Shown here piece by piece: positions 50,345 to 64,000 of a stretch of 64,000 nt of DNA. The stretch's first letter is position 1. Every line of letters begins with the position of its first letter. Where the stretch lies: NCBI GenBank assembly GCA_028826165.1, contig JAPDFW010000070.1, forward strand, positions 1,178,001-1,242,000, read 5' to 3'. The position numbers were made by a program, and so were the translations under genes. Below the pieces are notes generated by a model, which saw only the letters and a program-made list of their open reading frames with translations, had not been told where the DNA came from and did no database searches. The stretch is from Anaeramoeba ignava BMAN (Eukaryota > Protista > Anaeramoebae).

Positions 50345-51900
50345 TTAAAAATTGATTTGAAATTGATTTGATTTAATTGATTAAAAATTGATTAAATATT
50401 GATTAGAAATTGATTTGAAATTGATTAAATATTGATTAAATATTGATTAAATATTGATTTGATTTAATTTGATTTAATTTAATTTGATTTAAAAATTGAT
50501 TTAAAATTGATTTAATTTGATTTGATTTGATTTGATTTAATTTTTAAAAATAAGTAAATATTTTGATTTGATTTGATTTGATTTGATTTGATTTAAATAT
50601 ATCGATTTAATTTAATTTAATTTAATTTAATTTGATTTGATTTGATTTGATTTGATTTGATTTGATTTGATTTAATTTAATTTAATTTGATTTGATTTGA
50701 TTTGATTTAATTTAATTTAATTTAATTTAATTTGATTTGATTTGATTTAATTTGATTTAATTTGATTTAATTTGATTTAATTTAATTTGATTTAATTTAA
50801 TTTGATTTAATTTGATTTGATTTGATTTGATTTAATTTAATTTAATTTAATTTAATTTGATTTAATTTGATTTGATTTGATTTGATTTGATTTGATTTTA
50901 ATTTGACAATTTTAATTTGATTTAATTTGATTTGATTTTGATTTGATTTAATTTTGATTTGATTTGATTTGATTTGATTTGATTTAATTTAATTTATTTG
51001 ATTTAATTTAATTTGATTATTTTGATTTGATTTGATTTGATTTAATTTGATTTGATTTGATTTAATTTAATTTAATTTTAATTTGATTTAATTTTTAAAT
51101 TTAATTTGATTTGATTTGATTTGATTTTAATTTGATTTTGATTTTGATTTGATTTGATTTAATTTAATTTGATTTGATTTGTTTGATTTAATTTGATTTA
51201 ATTTAATTTGATTTGATTTAATTTGATTTGATTTTTTGATTTAATTTAATTTGATTTGATTTAATTTGATTTTGATTTGATTTGAATTTGATTTGATTTG
51301 ATTTGATTTTTAAATTTGATTTGATTTGATTTGATTTGATTTTGATTTAATTTGATTTAATTTGATTTTTTGATTTAATTTGATTTGATTTGAATTTGAT
51401 TTGATTTGATTTTGATTTAATTTGATTTGATTTTAATTTAGTTTGATTTAATTTAATTTGATTTAATTTGATTTGATTTAATTTGATTTGATTTAATTTT
51501 GAATTTGATTTAAAATTTGATTTGATTTAATTTGATTTAATTTGATTTGAATTTAATTTGATTTAAAATATTTGATTTAAATATTTGATTTAAATATTTG
51601 ATTTAATTTGATTTAATTTGATTTGATTTGATTTGATTTGATTTAATTTGATTTAATTTGATTTAATTTGATTTGATTTGATTTGATTTGATTTAATTTG
51701 ATTTAATTTGATTTAATTTGATTTAATTTGATTTAATTTGATTTAAATATTTGATTTAAATATTTGATTTAAATATTTGATTTAATTTGATTTAATTTGA
51801 TTTGATTTGATTGAATTTGATTTAATTTAATTTAATTTGATTTAAAGATTTAATTTAATTTAATTTGATTTAATTTGATTTGATTTAAAGATTTGATTGG
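50345..51900. repeat. Pentamer microsatellite (ATTTG/ATTTA)n
   Basis: Directly visible, intergenic. Confidence 0.95.
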
Positions 51901-52159
51901 AAAAAATTGGGAAAAATAAATGGAAAAAATTTTTTTTCTTTTTTGTAACGAATCTGTTATCAAAATTTCAATTTATGTCCTTCTTTTAATTATTAAATTA
52001 ATTTAAAATTGCCACGTTTTTAAATAAAAAATAAAAAATAAAAAAAAAATAAATAAAGATAATAATTTTTACAATAAATTATTCTTCTTTTTATTTAATT
52101 TAAAAAAAAAATTAAAAAAAATTTGATTAATTTTCTTCTTGCTAAAAAATTTTGACTTG

Positions 52160-55100
52160 ATGGGAATCAAAATTGGAGAAAAAGCCAATCGTTTTTTTGC
52201 ACGATTTTTTTTAAATCATGGAAAATTTTGTGCAAGACATCCATATATTGTTATTACAATTTGTTTAGTTGTTGTTGGGGCTTTAGCACCAGGTTTGCAA
52301 TTAATAATAGATACATTTTTTAAAAGCAAAAATACAATAATATTTTTAGTTGTCAAATAAATCCATTAATTAATTATTTTTTACTGTTAAAAATAGTTTA
52401 CAATTTTTGATAAAATTTAAATTCTTTATTTTTTTTTTTATTTTTCTTTATTAAAAAAAAAATTTTTTTTTTTGATCCTTATTTATAATAATAATAATAA
52501 TTGAATAATCTTGAAATATTGTTATTTAAATAAGTTTTGTTTTATTTTTCTTTATTAATTAAAATTTTTCAATTAAAGTTTATTTAAAATCATATTTAAT
52601 CATTTTAACACTAAATTTGTTTTTGTTAAATATTTGTTTTTTTTAAGTTATTTCTCTTTAGTGATCAATATTGATTTAAAATCAAAATTAAAATCAAAAT
52701 CAAAATCAAAATCAAAATCAAAATTAAAATCAAAATCAAAAATAAAATTAAAATCAAAATTAAAATTCATTTATAAAATTAAAATCAAAATTAAAATCAA
52801 AATTCATTTATAAAATTAAAATCAAAATCAAAATTAAAATCAAAATCAAAATTAAAATTAAAATCAAAATCAAAATTAAAATTCATTTATAAAATTAAAA
52901 TTAAAATCAAAATCAAAATCAAAATTAAAATCTAAATCAAAATTAAAATTAAAATTAAAATTAAAATTAAAATTAAAATTAAAATTAAAATTAAAATCAA
53001 AATCAAAATCAAAATCAAAATCAAAATTTAAATCTAAATTTAAATCAAAATTCATTTATAAAATTAAAATCTAAATCAAAATCAAAATTAAAATTAAAAT
53101 TAAAATCAAAATCAAAATCAAAATCAAAATAAATCAAAAATTAAAATTAAAAATAAAATTAAAATTAAAATTAAAATTTAAATCAAAATTAAAATCAAAA
53201 TCAAAATTAAAATCAAAATCAAAATCAAAAATAAAATTAAAATCAAAATTAAAATTAAAATTCATTTATAAAATTAAAATCAAAAATAATAAAATTAAAA
53301 TCAAAATCAAAATTTAGGATTTTCAAAATTGAACTTAATTAAAAACCCAGAAGATTTATGGGTTCCACCAAACTGTGAAGCAAAAAATGAACAAGATGAA
53401 TATTTTAAAACATTTGGACCAGATTTTCGGTTAGAACAATTAATCATTTTAGCTAGAGATAAAGGAAATGATATTCTTCAACATGACATTCTAAATGAAG
53501 CATTGAATCTTGAACTTGAGCTTAACAATTTGACTGTAGAACATAATGGAAGAAATTATACAATATCAGATTTTTGCTACAGACCTGTGGCGGGTCACTG
53601 GTGTGAAGTGAACTCTCCACTTGAATTTTGGCAGTTGAACAAAACCTTCTTAAATTCACGAACAACACAAGAACTTCATGAAGACGCAGCACAATTTGCT
53701 CTCTCATCAATAGGTGCTCCTGTTTTTATTTATACCGTTCTCGGTGGTTATAGTTTCTCTACAAGTGGAGAAGCTTTGAATGGTGCAAAAGCTATGTTTA
53801 TTACTTTTATGCTTCAAAATTATAAAGAAAATCAAACTGTCGCATTGAAATGGGAAAATAGATTTTTGGAGATTGCTAAATATTGGGAAGAACATTCCTC
53901 TGTTATTCATGTTTATCGTTGGGCTCAAAGATCAATTGAAGATGAAATTGGAAGAGAAAGTGAAGGTGATATTCCTACTGTTGGTATTAGTTATGGTCTG
54001 ATGTTTTTATATGTTGCTTTTTCACTTGGTGGGCTTCATCTTGTTAGGTATTTATCCAAAAATATTTAATAATATTTAATAACATAAAATTTAAAAATAT
54101 TTAATAAAATTCAATAATATTCAATAAAATTTTAATAATATTTAATAAAATTCAATAACATTTAATAATATTTAAAAATATTCAATAAATATTTAATAAT
54201 ATTTAATAATATTTAATAATATTCAATAATATTCAATAATATTCAATAATATTTAATAATATTTAATAATATTTAATAATATTTAATAATATTTAATAAT
54301 TTAATAATATTTAATAATAATATTTAATAATATTTAATAATATTTAATAATATTCAATAATATTTAATAATATTTAATAATATTTAATAATATTTAATAA
54401 TATTTAATAATATTTAATAATATTTAATAATATTTAATAATATTTTAATATTTAATAATATTTAATAACATTTAATAATATTCAATTAATATTTAATAAT
54501 ATTAATATTTTAATTAATATTTAATAATATTTAATAATATTTAATAATATTTAATAAAATTCAATAATATTTAATAATATTTAATAATAATATTTATTTA
54601 ATAATATTTAATAAAATATTCAATTCAATTTAATAATATTTAATAATATTTAATAATATTTAATAATATTTAATAATATTTAAAAATATTTAATAATATT
54701 CAATAATATTCAATAATATTTAAAAATATTTAATAATATTTAATAATATTCAAAAATATTCAATAATATTTAATAATATTTAATAATATTTAAAAATATT
54801 TAAAAATATTTAATAATATTCAATAATATTTAATAATATTTAATAATATTTAATAATATTTAATAAAATTCAATAATATTTAATAATATTTAATAATATT
54901 TAAAAACATAATATTTAATAATATTTAATAAATATTTAATAATATTTAAAAATAAAGAGGTAAAATTCTGGTCGGATTCTCAGGAGTGCTTATTGTCCTC
55001 TTTGCACTTGCAATGTCCTTCGGATTATGTTGCTATGCAGGCGTAAAAGTATCACTTGTTATCAGTGAAGTCATTCCATTTCTTATTCTAGCAATTGGAG

Positions 55101-56851
55101 TTGACAATCTATTCATTATCACAAATGCATTTGAAAGAACAGACAAGAATCTTCCAGTAGAAGAGCGAATCGGACGAGCATTGAGCCACGTTGGGGCATC
55201 AATCACATTAGCGTCGATGTCTGAGTTTCTAGCTTTCATTCTGGGAACAATTGCATCAATCCCAGCAATCACAAGTTTCTGTATTTTTGCAGCAGTTGCG
55301 GTTCTTGCAGACTTTCTTCTCCAAATGACACTTTTCACATCAGTTCTTGCTCTTGATGCAAGAAGAGTGAGACAAAACCGTGCAGATTGTATTTTCTGCA
55401 TCAAATACAAGGAAAAAAAGGATGAGAAAACAACACTTATTGATCAAGACACAACGGAAATCAACGTATCAAAACAAAAAACCAAAAAAGGATCAGCAAT
55501 TCAACGTTTTTTCAAAAATTATTACGGTCCATTTATCCTCCACAACGTATCAAGAGTGGTGATAGTTGTTGTGTTTGTTACTTTATTCATCCTTGCGGCA
55601 GTGTCCACAGCGAAGAAATCGACAATTGGACTTGCTCAACAAACAAGTCTTCCGAGCGATTCATATTTGATTCCGTTTTTCGATCTTCAAGACGAATATT
55701 TGAACGCAGGAGCACAGGTGTTTTTCGTGCTGAAAAACTGGAATTACTGGTACGTGCAGCCGTCAGACAAGACTGTAGAAACTCACAGCGGACAAATGAT
55801 GTCTCCTGCTGATTATTTAGCGACTCTAACAGGAAATGCGCCTTATATGAAAAAAGGGATATATCAATCATGGGTTGATGATTTCATCCGTTATTTAACA
55901 TGCATGTCGTTAAACACGGGATGGCCAACACCATATCCACCAGAAGAATACTTTGTATCCAATGTGACTGCATGGCTGGCTGCTCCGTGCACAGATGCGT
56001 GCCAGGAATACTGCGGATCAATCCATCAAACCGATATTTTGTTCAATAGTGACCGCACACAAATCACACAGTCCCGTTTCAGCTCGTTCCACGTCCCCGC
56101 TAATACGCAGAAAATATTCATTGAAAGTCTGCGGTGGGCTCGCCGAGCAACAAAGACCCAAGACCTTATCCCCTCATATCCCTACGCTTTATTCTACGTT
56201 TATTTCGAACAGTATCTCTACATCGATACCGTTCTTCTCCAGAACTCTTTCCTCGCTCTCGGCGCCATATTCCTCACAACACTTGTGCTTTTGATGTCCT
56301 TTGATCTCTCCATCATTCTCGTTGTTGTGGTTTGTATGGTCGACACTGATCTTCTTGGAATCATGTCGCAATGGAGCATTGACATCAACGCTGTTTCCGT
56401 TGTGAATATTGTTGTTGGCATTGGATTGTCCGTTGAGTTTTGTGTGCATGTTGCTCGCTCCTTTCTTTTCGCAACAGGAACACGTAAGGAACGTGCTATG
56501 TTTGCTCTCTGGGATATGGGCAGTTCTGTATTTTCCGGAATCACGTTGACAAAATTCATCGGTGTTGTTGTTCTTGGTTTTGCTCACTCTCAAATCTTCA
56601 CAATTTACTACTTTAGAATGTATCTTTCTATTGTTATTCTTGGAGCTTTCCACGGCCTCATGTTCCTTCCTGTTTTACTTTCTTATGTAGGTCCAAATAC
56701 AATGACTAAAACTTCTCTTCCTTTCGGTAAACTTCCTACTTATCAAGAAATTGATGATGCTGATGATTCTCATGTTGAAAAACAATCTCAACCGCAAAAA
56801 AATTCTGATGATGATATTGATTCTGAAAATGAAAAAGTCATTCTTTATTGA
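52160..56851 (+). CDS. NPC1/Patched-family sterol transporter lacking the N-terminal sterol-binding domain (~918 aa)
   Basis: Exons 52160-52292, 53318-54047 and 54958-56851 total 2757 nt, in frame. PEDLWVP, RSIEDEIGRES, SSD motif EVIPFLILAIGVDNLF, YVYFEQYL, NAVSVVNIV..GLSVEFCVH and HGLMFLPVLLS. Confidence 0.9.
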
Positions 56852-57044
56852 TTTTTTTTTCTTTCTTCTTCCTCTTTTTTTGGATCAGAATTTTTGCTTC
56901 TTTTCTTCTTTCTTCTTTTTTCTTCTTCTAAAGACAAAATTCTCTTTTTTTTTTTGTTCAATTTTCAAAAGAAAATAAATTTCAATTTCACAAATAAAAA
57001 ATTGAAATTTAAAAATAAAAAAACAAAAAGAAACAACATTAAAT

Positions 57045-58360
57045 AATTTAAAATAAATTTTATTAAATTTTAATATAAATTTTAATATAAATTTTAATAT
57101 AAATTTTAATATAATTTTTAATATAGATTTTAATATAGATTTAATATAAATTTCATTATAAATTATAATATAAATTTTAATATAAATTATAATATAAATT
57201 TTAATATAAATTTTAATATAAATTTTAATATAAATTTTAATATAAATTTTAATATAAATTTTAATATAAATTTTAATAAATTTTTTATTATAAATTTCAT
57301 TTTAAATTTCATTATAAATTCCCTTATTATAAAATTTTAAATTTTATTTCATTATAGATTTTATTTTTAAATTTCATTATAAATTTCATTTAAATTTTAA
57401 ATTATAATATAAATTATAATATTTATTATAAATTTCATTTTAAATATTTCATTTTAAATTTTATTTCATTTTTAAATTTTATTTATAAATTTCATTTTGA
57501 AATTTTAAAATTTTTAAATTTCATTTTTAAATTTTATTTTTTAAATTTTATTTTAAATTTCATTTTAAATTTCATTTTAAATTTTAAATTTTAAATTTTT
57601 AAATTTCATTTTAAATTTCATAAATTTTTAAATTTCATTTTAAATTTCATTTATAAATTTCATTTTAAATTTTTTTAAATTTTATAAATTTCATTTAAAT
57701 TTATAATTTTTTTAATTTAATTTAAATTTCATTATAAATTAAATTTTTAAATTAAATTTTAAAATTATAATTTTAAATATAAATTTTAAAATAAATTTTA
57801 ATATAAATTTTATTATAAATTTTAATATAAATTTTAATATAAAATAATATATAAATTTTAATATAAATTTTTATAAATTTTAATATAAATTTTATAATAT
57901 AAATTTTAATATAAATTTTAATATAATATAAATTTTAATATAAATTTTAATATAAATTTTAATATAAATTTTAATATAAATTTTAATATGTTAAATTTTA
58001 ATTTAAATTTTAATATAAATTTTAATATAAATTTTAATAAATTTTAAATTTTAATATAAATTTTAATATAAATTTTAATATAAATTATATAAATATAAAT
58101 TTTAATATAAATTTTAATATAAATTTTATTTTAAATTTTATATAAATTTTATTATAAATTTTAATATAAATTTTTAAAATAATTTTTAATTTATATAAAT
58201 TTTAATATAAATTTCATTATAAATTTTATTATAAATTTCATTATAAATTTCATTTTAAATTTCATTTTTTTTAAATTTTAATTATAAATTTTTATAAATT
58301 TCATTTTATTATAAATTTATTATAAATTATAAATTTTAATTTCATTATAAATTTCATTTT
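57045..58360. repeat. Degenerate 12-mer (TTTAATATAAAT / TTTCATTATAAA)n low-complexity tract
   Basis: Directly visible, intergenic. Confidence 0.85.
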
Positions 58361-58887
58361 AAATTTCATTATAAATTTTAAACATCTTGAGCTTTTCTTT
58401 TCTTCTTTTTTTTCCCAGAATTAATTTGTATTTCATTTTCATTTGTTTTCATTTCTGCAAGAGAAGAATCAGCATTATTTGAATAATATAAAGGTTTTTT
58501 AATTTTAATTCCCATTTCATCTAAAGCAAGCATTAAATCTTGTGTTTTCAAAACAAATTTAAGATTATTTAATCCAATTTCTTTTCCATATTTTTTAAGT
58601 CTATCAGTTCTTGTTCTTGAAAAATTAAAAGATTCATTTACAATTTCATAAATAAATTTTTGAGCAGCTAAACTTATAACTCTTTTTACTTTAATATCAT
58701 CTGTATTTAAACCAGAACGTTTTAAATAATATTCCGTTAAAGAATCTGGTATTTCATGGTATCTAATTTAATAATGAATTTTAATTTAATTTTTTTATTT
58801 TTTATTTATTTTTTACAATAGAAGGATTTTCGTTTAAAAATGAAATAAAATCTTCATATTTGTTGTTGTTCTTCTATTTTGTGTCAT
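58359..58887 (-). CDS. TAF10: TFIID/SAGA subunit TAF10; reading frame disrupted as assembled
   Basis: YEDFISFLNENPSI | IPDSLTEYYLKRSGLNTDDIKVKRVISLAAQKFIYEI...KFVLKTQDLMLALDEMGIKIKKPLYY. Not in the ORF track. There is a frameshift after the ATG and a 10-nt duplication at the start of exon 2. Confidence 0.82.
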
Positions 58888-59181
58888 TTTAAATTTAAAT
58901 TTTAATAAAGCTAAAAAATGAAAAATATCTGTTTTTAAATAAATTTCTTTTTATTACTAATTATTTTATTTTATTATTTTTGTTTTTAAATCTATTTAAA
59001 GTCATATTGTTTTTCCTTTTTTTATTTTGATCTTTCTGTTACAAAAAAATTAAATAAAAAATAAAAATAATAAATTTAAAAGCAAATAAAATTTTTGTTT
59101 TTCATTTTTTTCATTTTTTTCATTTTTTTTACTTTATTTTTACTTTATTTTTCTTTCTTTTATTACAAATTCTTTTTAAAA

Positions 59182-62100
59182 ATGAATCCACTCTTTCTTG
59201 CAATTTTTATTATGATTTTTTTTGTTCAAATCCAAGCATTTTATCGTATTGATCTTTCTTTCTTTCTTTCTTTTCTTTTTAATTTTTAATTTAAAACAAT
59301 TTACCACTTTAATATTTTTTTAATTAATAATATTTTTTTGATCTATTTTTATTTTCTTTATTTTTTTTTTGTTCTAAAAATTATGAATATTTTCTTTTTT
59401 TGTTTTTATTTTTAAAAATTATGAATATTTTTATTTTGTTTTTTCTATTAAAAAGCTTTTTAAAAAAATAACAAAAAAAAATTAATTAATTAAATTATTA
59501 AATTTATTTTTTAACTAATTAGAACATGTTCAAAATGGTAATGGAGAACAAGAACTAACTCCAAATCAAAGAGCTCTTCTTACTTATATTGGAAGAGATA
59601 TGACTCGTAGAAATTTTGCTGGCGAAACTGTTTCTAAACGTTTTTGTGCTAGTGAGAATGGAGAATGTGATTGGAGCAATTATGGACAAGTAATTTCAAA
59701 TTAAAATTAAAATTCATTTTAAAAATTAAAATTAAAATTCAATAAGAAATTAAAATTAAAATTAAATTATAATTATAATTATAATTAAAATTAAAATCCA
59801 AATTAAAATTAAAATTAAAATTAAAATTAAAATTAAAAATTAAAATTATAATTAAAATTAAAATTAAAATTAAAAATAAAAATTAAAATTAAAATTAAAA
59901 TTAAAATTAAAATAAAAATTAAAATTATAATTAAAATTAAAATTAAAATAAAAATTAAAATTAAAATTAAAATTAAAATCCAAATTAAAATTAAAATAAA
60001 ATTAAAATTAAAATTATTAAAATTAAAATTAAAATTTAAAATTAAAATTAAAATAAAAATTAAAATTAAAATTAAAATTAAAATTAAAAATCCAAATTAA
60101 AATTAAAATTAAAATAAAATTAAAATTAAAAATTAAAATTAAAATTAAAATCCAAATTTAAAAATTAAAATTAAAAATTAAAATCAAAATTAAAAATTAA
60201 AATTAAAATTAAAATTAAAAATAAAATTAAAAATTAAAATTCATTTTAAAAATAAAAATTAAAATTAAAATTAAAATTAAAATTAAAATTAAAAATTAAA
60301 ATTAAAATTAAAATTAAAATTAAAATTAAAATTAAAATTAAAATTAAAATTAAAATTAAAATTAAAATTAAAATTAAAATTAAAAATTAAAATTAAAATT
60401 AAAATTAAAATTAAAAATTAAAATTAAAATTAAAATTAAAATTAAAAATTAAAATTAAAATTAAAATTAAAATTAAAATTAAAATTAATATTAAAATTAA
60501 AATTAAAATTAAAATTAAAATTAAAATTAATATTTAAATAAGAAATTAAAATTAAAATTAAAATTAAAATTAAAATTATATATAGGCTCTTGCTATGATG
60601 GTTTTACCAGCTTTTGTTTTTGGTGTTTTGTTCTTACTTGTTTTTCTTTGTTATGGTTCTTATTATTGTTGTTGTCCTTGTAGAGCACTTAAAGGAGCAA
60701 AAGAATTTACAGAAAAATCCAAAAAAAAATGGAAAATTATTTTCTTTATTTCTTTCTTATTATTTTTGTATGAAAAATTAAAATTAAAATTAAAATTAAA
60801 ATAAAAATTAAAATTAAAATTAAAATTAAAAATAAAATTTCAAATTAAAAATAAAATTTCAAATTAAAATTAAAATTAAAATTAAAATTAAAATTAAAAT
60901 TAAAATTAAAAATAAAATTTAAAATTAAAATTAAAATTAAAATTAAAAAAAAAGACTTGGAACATTTCTTGGATTTGGAGGAAACAGTAAAATGCGTTCA
61001 GGGATTATTGATTTAGGAGATGAAATAACAAACGAAACACAATTCATGTATAATCTAGCAATACATGTGAATGAAACTTTTACAAAAACAGGATTCTATA
61101 GCGTTAATAGTGTAGGACTTGAAAATACAATTGATGCAATGAGAACAATTAATAATCAAGCAGATGATTCAAGTGATACAATGTCAGAATATGATTCTAA
61201 AAGGCAATATGTTGTGAATATTATTTTGGCTGTTCCTTTGGTTGTTGTTTCTTTTGGTGTTATTTTTGTGTTTGCAAAAATGGGAAAAGCTGGTGCTTGG
61301 TAAATAATTTATTTATAAAAATTAAAATTAAATTTAAATTTAAAATTCATTTATAAAATTATAAAAATAGTATTGGGATTCTATCTTTCCTCTTAATATT
61401 TGGAATCTGGTTTTCTTTTGGAATTCATTATCTTGTTGGAATTTTATTTTCAGATATTTGTTATGAAATTAGTCAAAATGTTGATGGAATTGATGATCCT
61501 AATTCTGATACACCATTAAAGCAAATTGTTGATTGTACTGAGGGTCACACAGATCTTGATAGTTTACGAGAAGGATGTGAAGATGCAATTAATCAAACAA
61601 TTGATGCAGGTTGTGCTGTTCGAGATGAAATTTGTTCTTTGAATTTTACTGTGCAGTGTGATACTGCTAGTTTTACTCATTCACTTACTTTCAATGTTTC
61701 ATGTGCTCCAACTTGTAATGATAGTGTTTTAAATGAGACTAAACAATTGGTAAAAAATAAAAAATTAAAATTAATATTAAAATTAAAATTAAAATTAAAA
61801 TTAAAATCAAAATTAAAATTAAAATTGAATTTAAAATTAAAATTAAAATTAAAATTAAAATTAAAATTAAAATTAAAATTAAAATTAAAATTAAAATTAA
61901 AATTAAAATTAAAATTAATATTAAAATTAATATTAATATTAAAATTAAAATTAATATTAAAATTAAAATTAAAATTAAAATAGAAATTAAAAATTAAGTT
62001 TGATATTAAAATTGATATTAAAATAAAAATTAAAATTAAAATCAAAATTAAAATTAAAATTAAAAATTAAAATTAAAATTAAAATTAAAATTAAAATTAA

Positions 62101-62947
62101 AATTAATATTAAAATTATAAATAAAATTAATATTAAAATTAAAATTAAAATTAAAATTAAAATCAAAAATAAAATTATAAATTAAAATTAATATTAAAAT
62201 TAAAATTAAAATTAAAATAAAAATTAAAATTAAAATTAAAATTAAAATTAAAATTAAAATTAAAATTAAAATTAAAAATAGTTAATTTTTGATAATGGAA
62301 CATTAGCACCAGGATGTGTAGCAGATCAAGCAGAATTATCTATAGTATGTGGAATTCTTGAAGCAGATTGCAATCTATCAAGTAATTCATGGATAGATAA
62401 CGTATGTGTACGGATATTAACAGTAGAAGAATGCGCAACAGAATGCGTAGACAATCAAACGAAAACAAACGCACAAGATGTATGCCAATTTATCGACAAT
62501 CTAAACGAGCTTTATCAGATGTTAGTGTACGAAATTCTGCCGCTTCTTTCATGCGAATTTTTAAAGCAAGTATTTAGGAACATAGAAGGAGCAGTGTGTG
62601 ATAAAATTATATCAGGGATGTTATTGATTGTTGTGGGACAAGGTCTTGCTGGTTCTATTCTTGTTATTGGCGCTATTTCCTTCCTTGCTGGTGAACATAG
62701 ATTTAGTAAACCTCCTTCTGATAGTGATTTCGGTTATGATGGTTCAAAAAATTCTAAAGATATCGAAATGAATGAAAATCTTAATGATAATGATGATGAT
62801 ATTAAAAAACCCCCTCTTGTTCAAGGTTGGGATGATGATAATCCAAATAATAACCTAAATTCTCCTAGAATTCAAACTTGGGATGATAATGTTCAAGATG
62901 ATAAAAATCAATCAACTTCTGCTGCTCCTCCAAAAGTTGATTTTTAA
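59182..62947 (+). CDS. Tweety/prominin-like five-TM membrane protein, 6 exons
   Basis: Exons 59182-59245, 59523-59689, 60586-60767, 60955-61299, 61371-61749 and 62282-62947 join in phase. Signal peptide, TM1 followed by YYCCCPC, FGGN after TM2, SDIC after TM4, and LSC..L...F..I...VC before the last TM. Confidence 0.65.
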
Positions 62948-63059
62948 AAATCAAATTTTATTCTATTTTTTTTTTCTTTCTTTCTCTTTTTTTTCTTTGA
63001 TTTTTTTTTGAACTTTTTAATTGAATTTTTGAACTGAAATTTTAAAAAAAAAAAATAAA

Positions 63060-63650
63060 ATTTGAACTTGATTTGGAAATTGATTTTGATTTTGATTTTT
63101 ATTTTGAATTTGAATTTGATTTTGATTTTAATTTTGATTTTGATTTTGAATTTGATTTCTTATTGAATTTGATTTTGATTTTGATTTTGATTTTAAATTT
63201 GATTTTAAATTTGATTTTGATTTCTTATTGAAATTGATTTTGATTTTGATTTTGATTTTGATTTTGATTTTGATTTTGATTTTGATTTTGATTTTGATTT
63301 TGATTTTTATTTTGATTTTGATTTTGATTTTGATTTTGATTTTGATTTTGATTTTGATTTTGAATTTGATTTTGATTTTGATTTTGATTTTGATTTTGAT
63401 TTTGAATTTGAATTTGATTTTGATTTTGATTTTGATTTTGATTTTGATTTTAATTTTGATTTTGAATTGAATTTAATTTTGATTTTGATTTTGATTTTGA
63501 ATTTGATTTTATTTTTGAATTTGATTTTAATTTTGATTTTGAATTGAATTTAATTTTGATTTTGATTTTGATTTTGAATTTGATTTTATTTTTGAATTTG
63601 ATTTTGATTTTGATTTTGATTTTGAATTTAATTTCTTATTGATTTTAAAT
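63060..63650. repeat. Hexamer microsatellite (GATTTT)n
   Basis: Directly visible between convergent genes. Confidence 0.95.
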
Positions 63651-63658
63651 TTGATTTC

Positions 63659-64000
63659 TTATTGATTGCCAACAAAGCAAAAACCAGGATACAAAGGAGC
63701 AGAATTAATACCACGTTGAACCAACCGACAACTTTGTTGATTAAGCCTAACAGTAGCATCTGAAACATCATTAGTATCTTTAGAACTCCATAAACGTTCA
63801 GCAACAGCAGCAGCACGAGGCCAAAGACGGTTAGCCAAACTAGACCAGTTGACCTGTTCAGACCAAGAACAGGCTTCACCGCCAAGGAACTTATCACGAT
63901 TAGTAGAAATATAGTTATAAGGCTCCAAATTATAAAAATCGATCCAAGTATCGATCCATTCATAGTGTGTTTGAGTGCCAGGAATCTGCTTGTCAAGATA
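63659..64000 (-). CDS. Beta-hexosaminidase (GH20), 3' part; runs off the right window edge
   Basis: YLDKQIP..W.DFY.LEP, LGGEACSWSEQV, RLWPRAAAVAERLWS and RLVQRGINSAPLYPGFC. Confidence 0.93.
   Translation of the reverse strand, partial: YLDKQIPGTQTHYEWIDTWIDFYNLEPYNYISTNRDKFLGGEACSWSEQVNWSSLANRLWPRAAAVAERLWSSKDTNDVSDATVRLNQQSCRLVQRGINSAPLYPGFCFVGNQ

Noticed and set aside
55033-56653. Antisense and overlapping ORFs in NPC1 (also those within GDH, the EGF region and nicastrin)
   Set aside because: Shadow ORFs of GC-richer coding sequence with no recognisable motifs.

Overview
Extremely AT-rich, intron-containing eukaryotic (protist) DNA. The gene content and microsatellite-filled introns suggest an anaerobic amoeba/metamonad such as Anaeramoeba; this is inference, not verified. 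About 24 genes can be reconstructed by hand. They are an IPT/EGF-TM-RasGAP receptor, an S10 carboxypeptidase with a 4-nt micro-exon, NADP-GDH, a Crypton-like tyrosine recombinase with a branched palindrome upstream, a TLDc gene inside a 143-bp satellite, nicastrin, a WD40-only HIRA, two ankyrin-BTB genes, a CEP70-like gene, two canonical intron-bearing Rho genes, an NPC1-like gene lacking its N-terminal domain, a disrupted TAF10, a Tweety-like gene and a partial GH20 hexosaminidase. The most striking region is 26-37 kb. Six intronless Rho/Rac paralogues there carry substitutions at the G12/Q61 catalytic sites and in switch I, and a MacroD-type gene is inserted into the array. The array sits head-to-head with a ~30-exon armadillo gene in which nearly every repeat is one symmetric 129-nt exon and variation is concentrated at the ligand-binding positions of helix 3. 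Several frameshifts lie in homopolymers and are probably long-read consensus errors.
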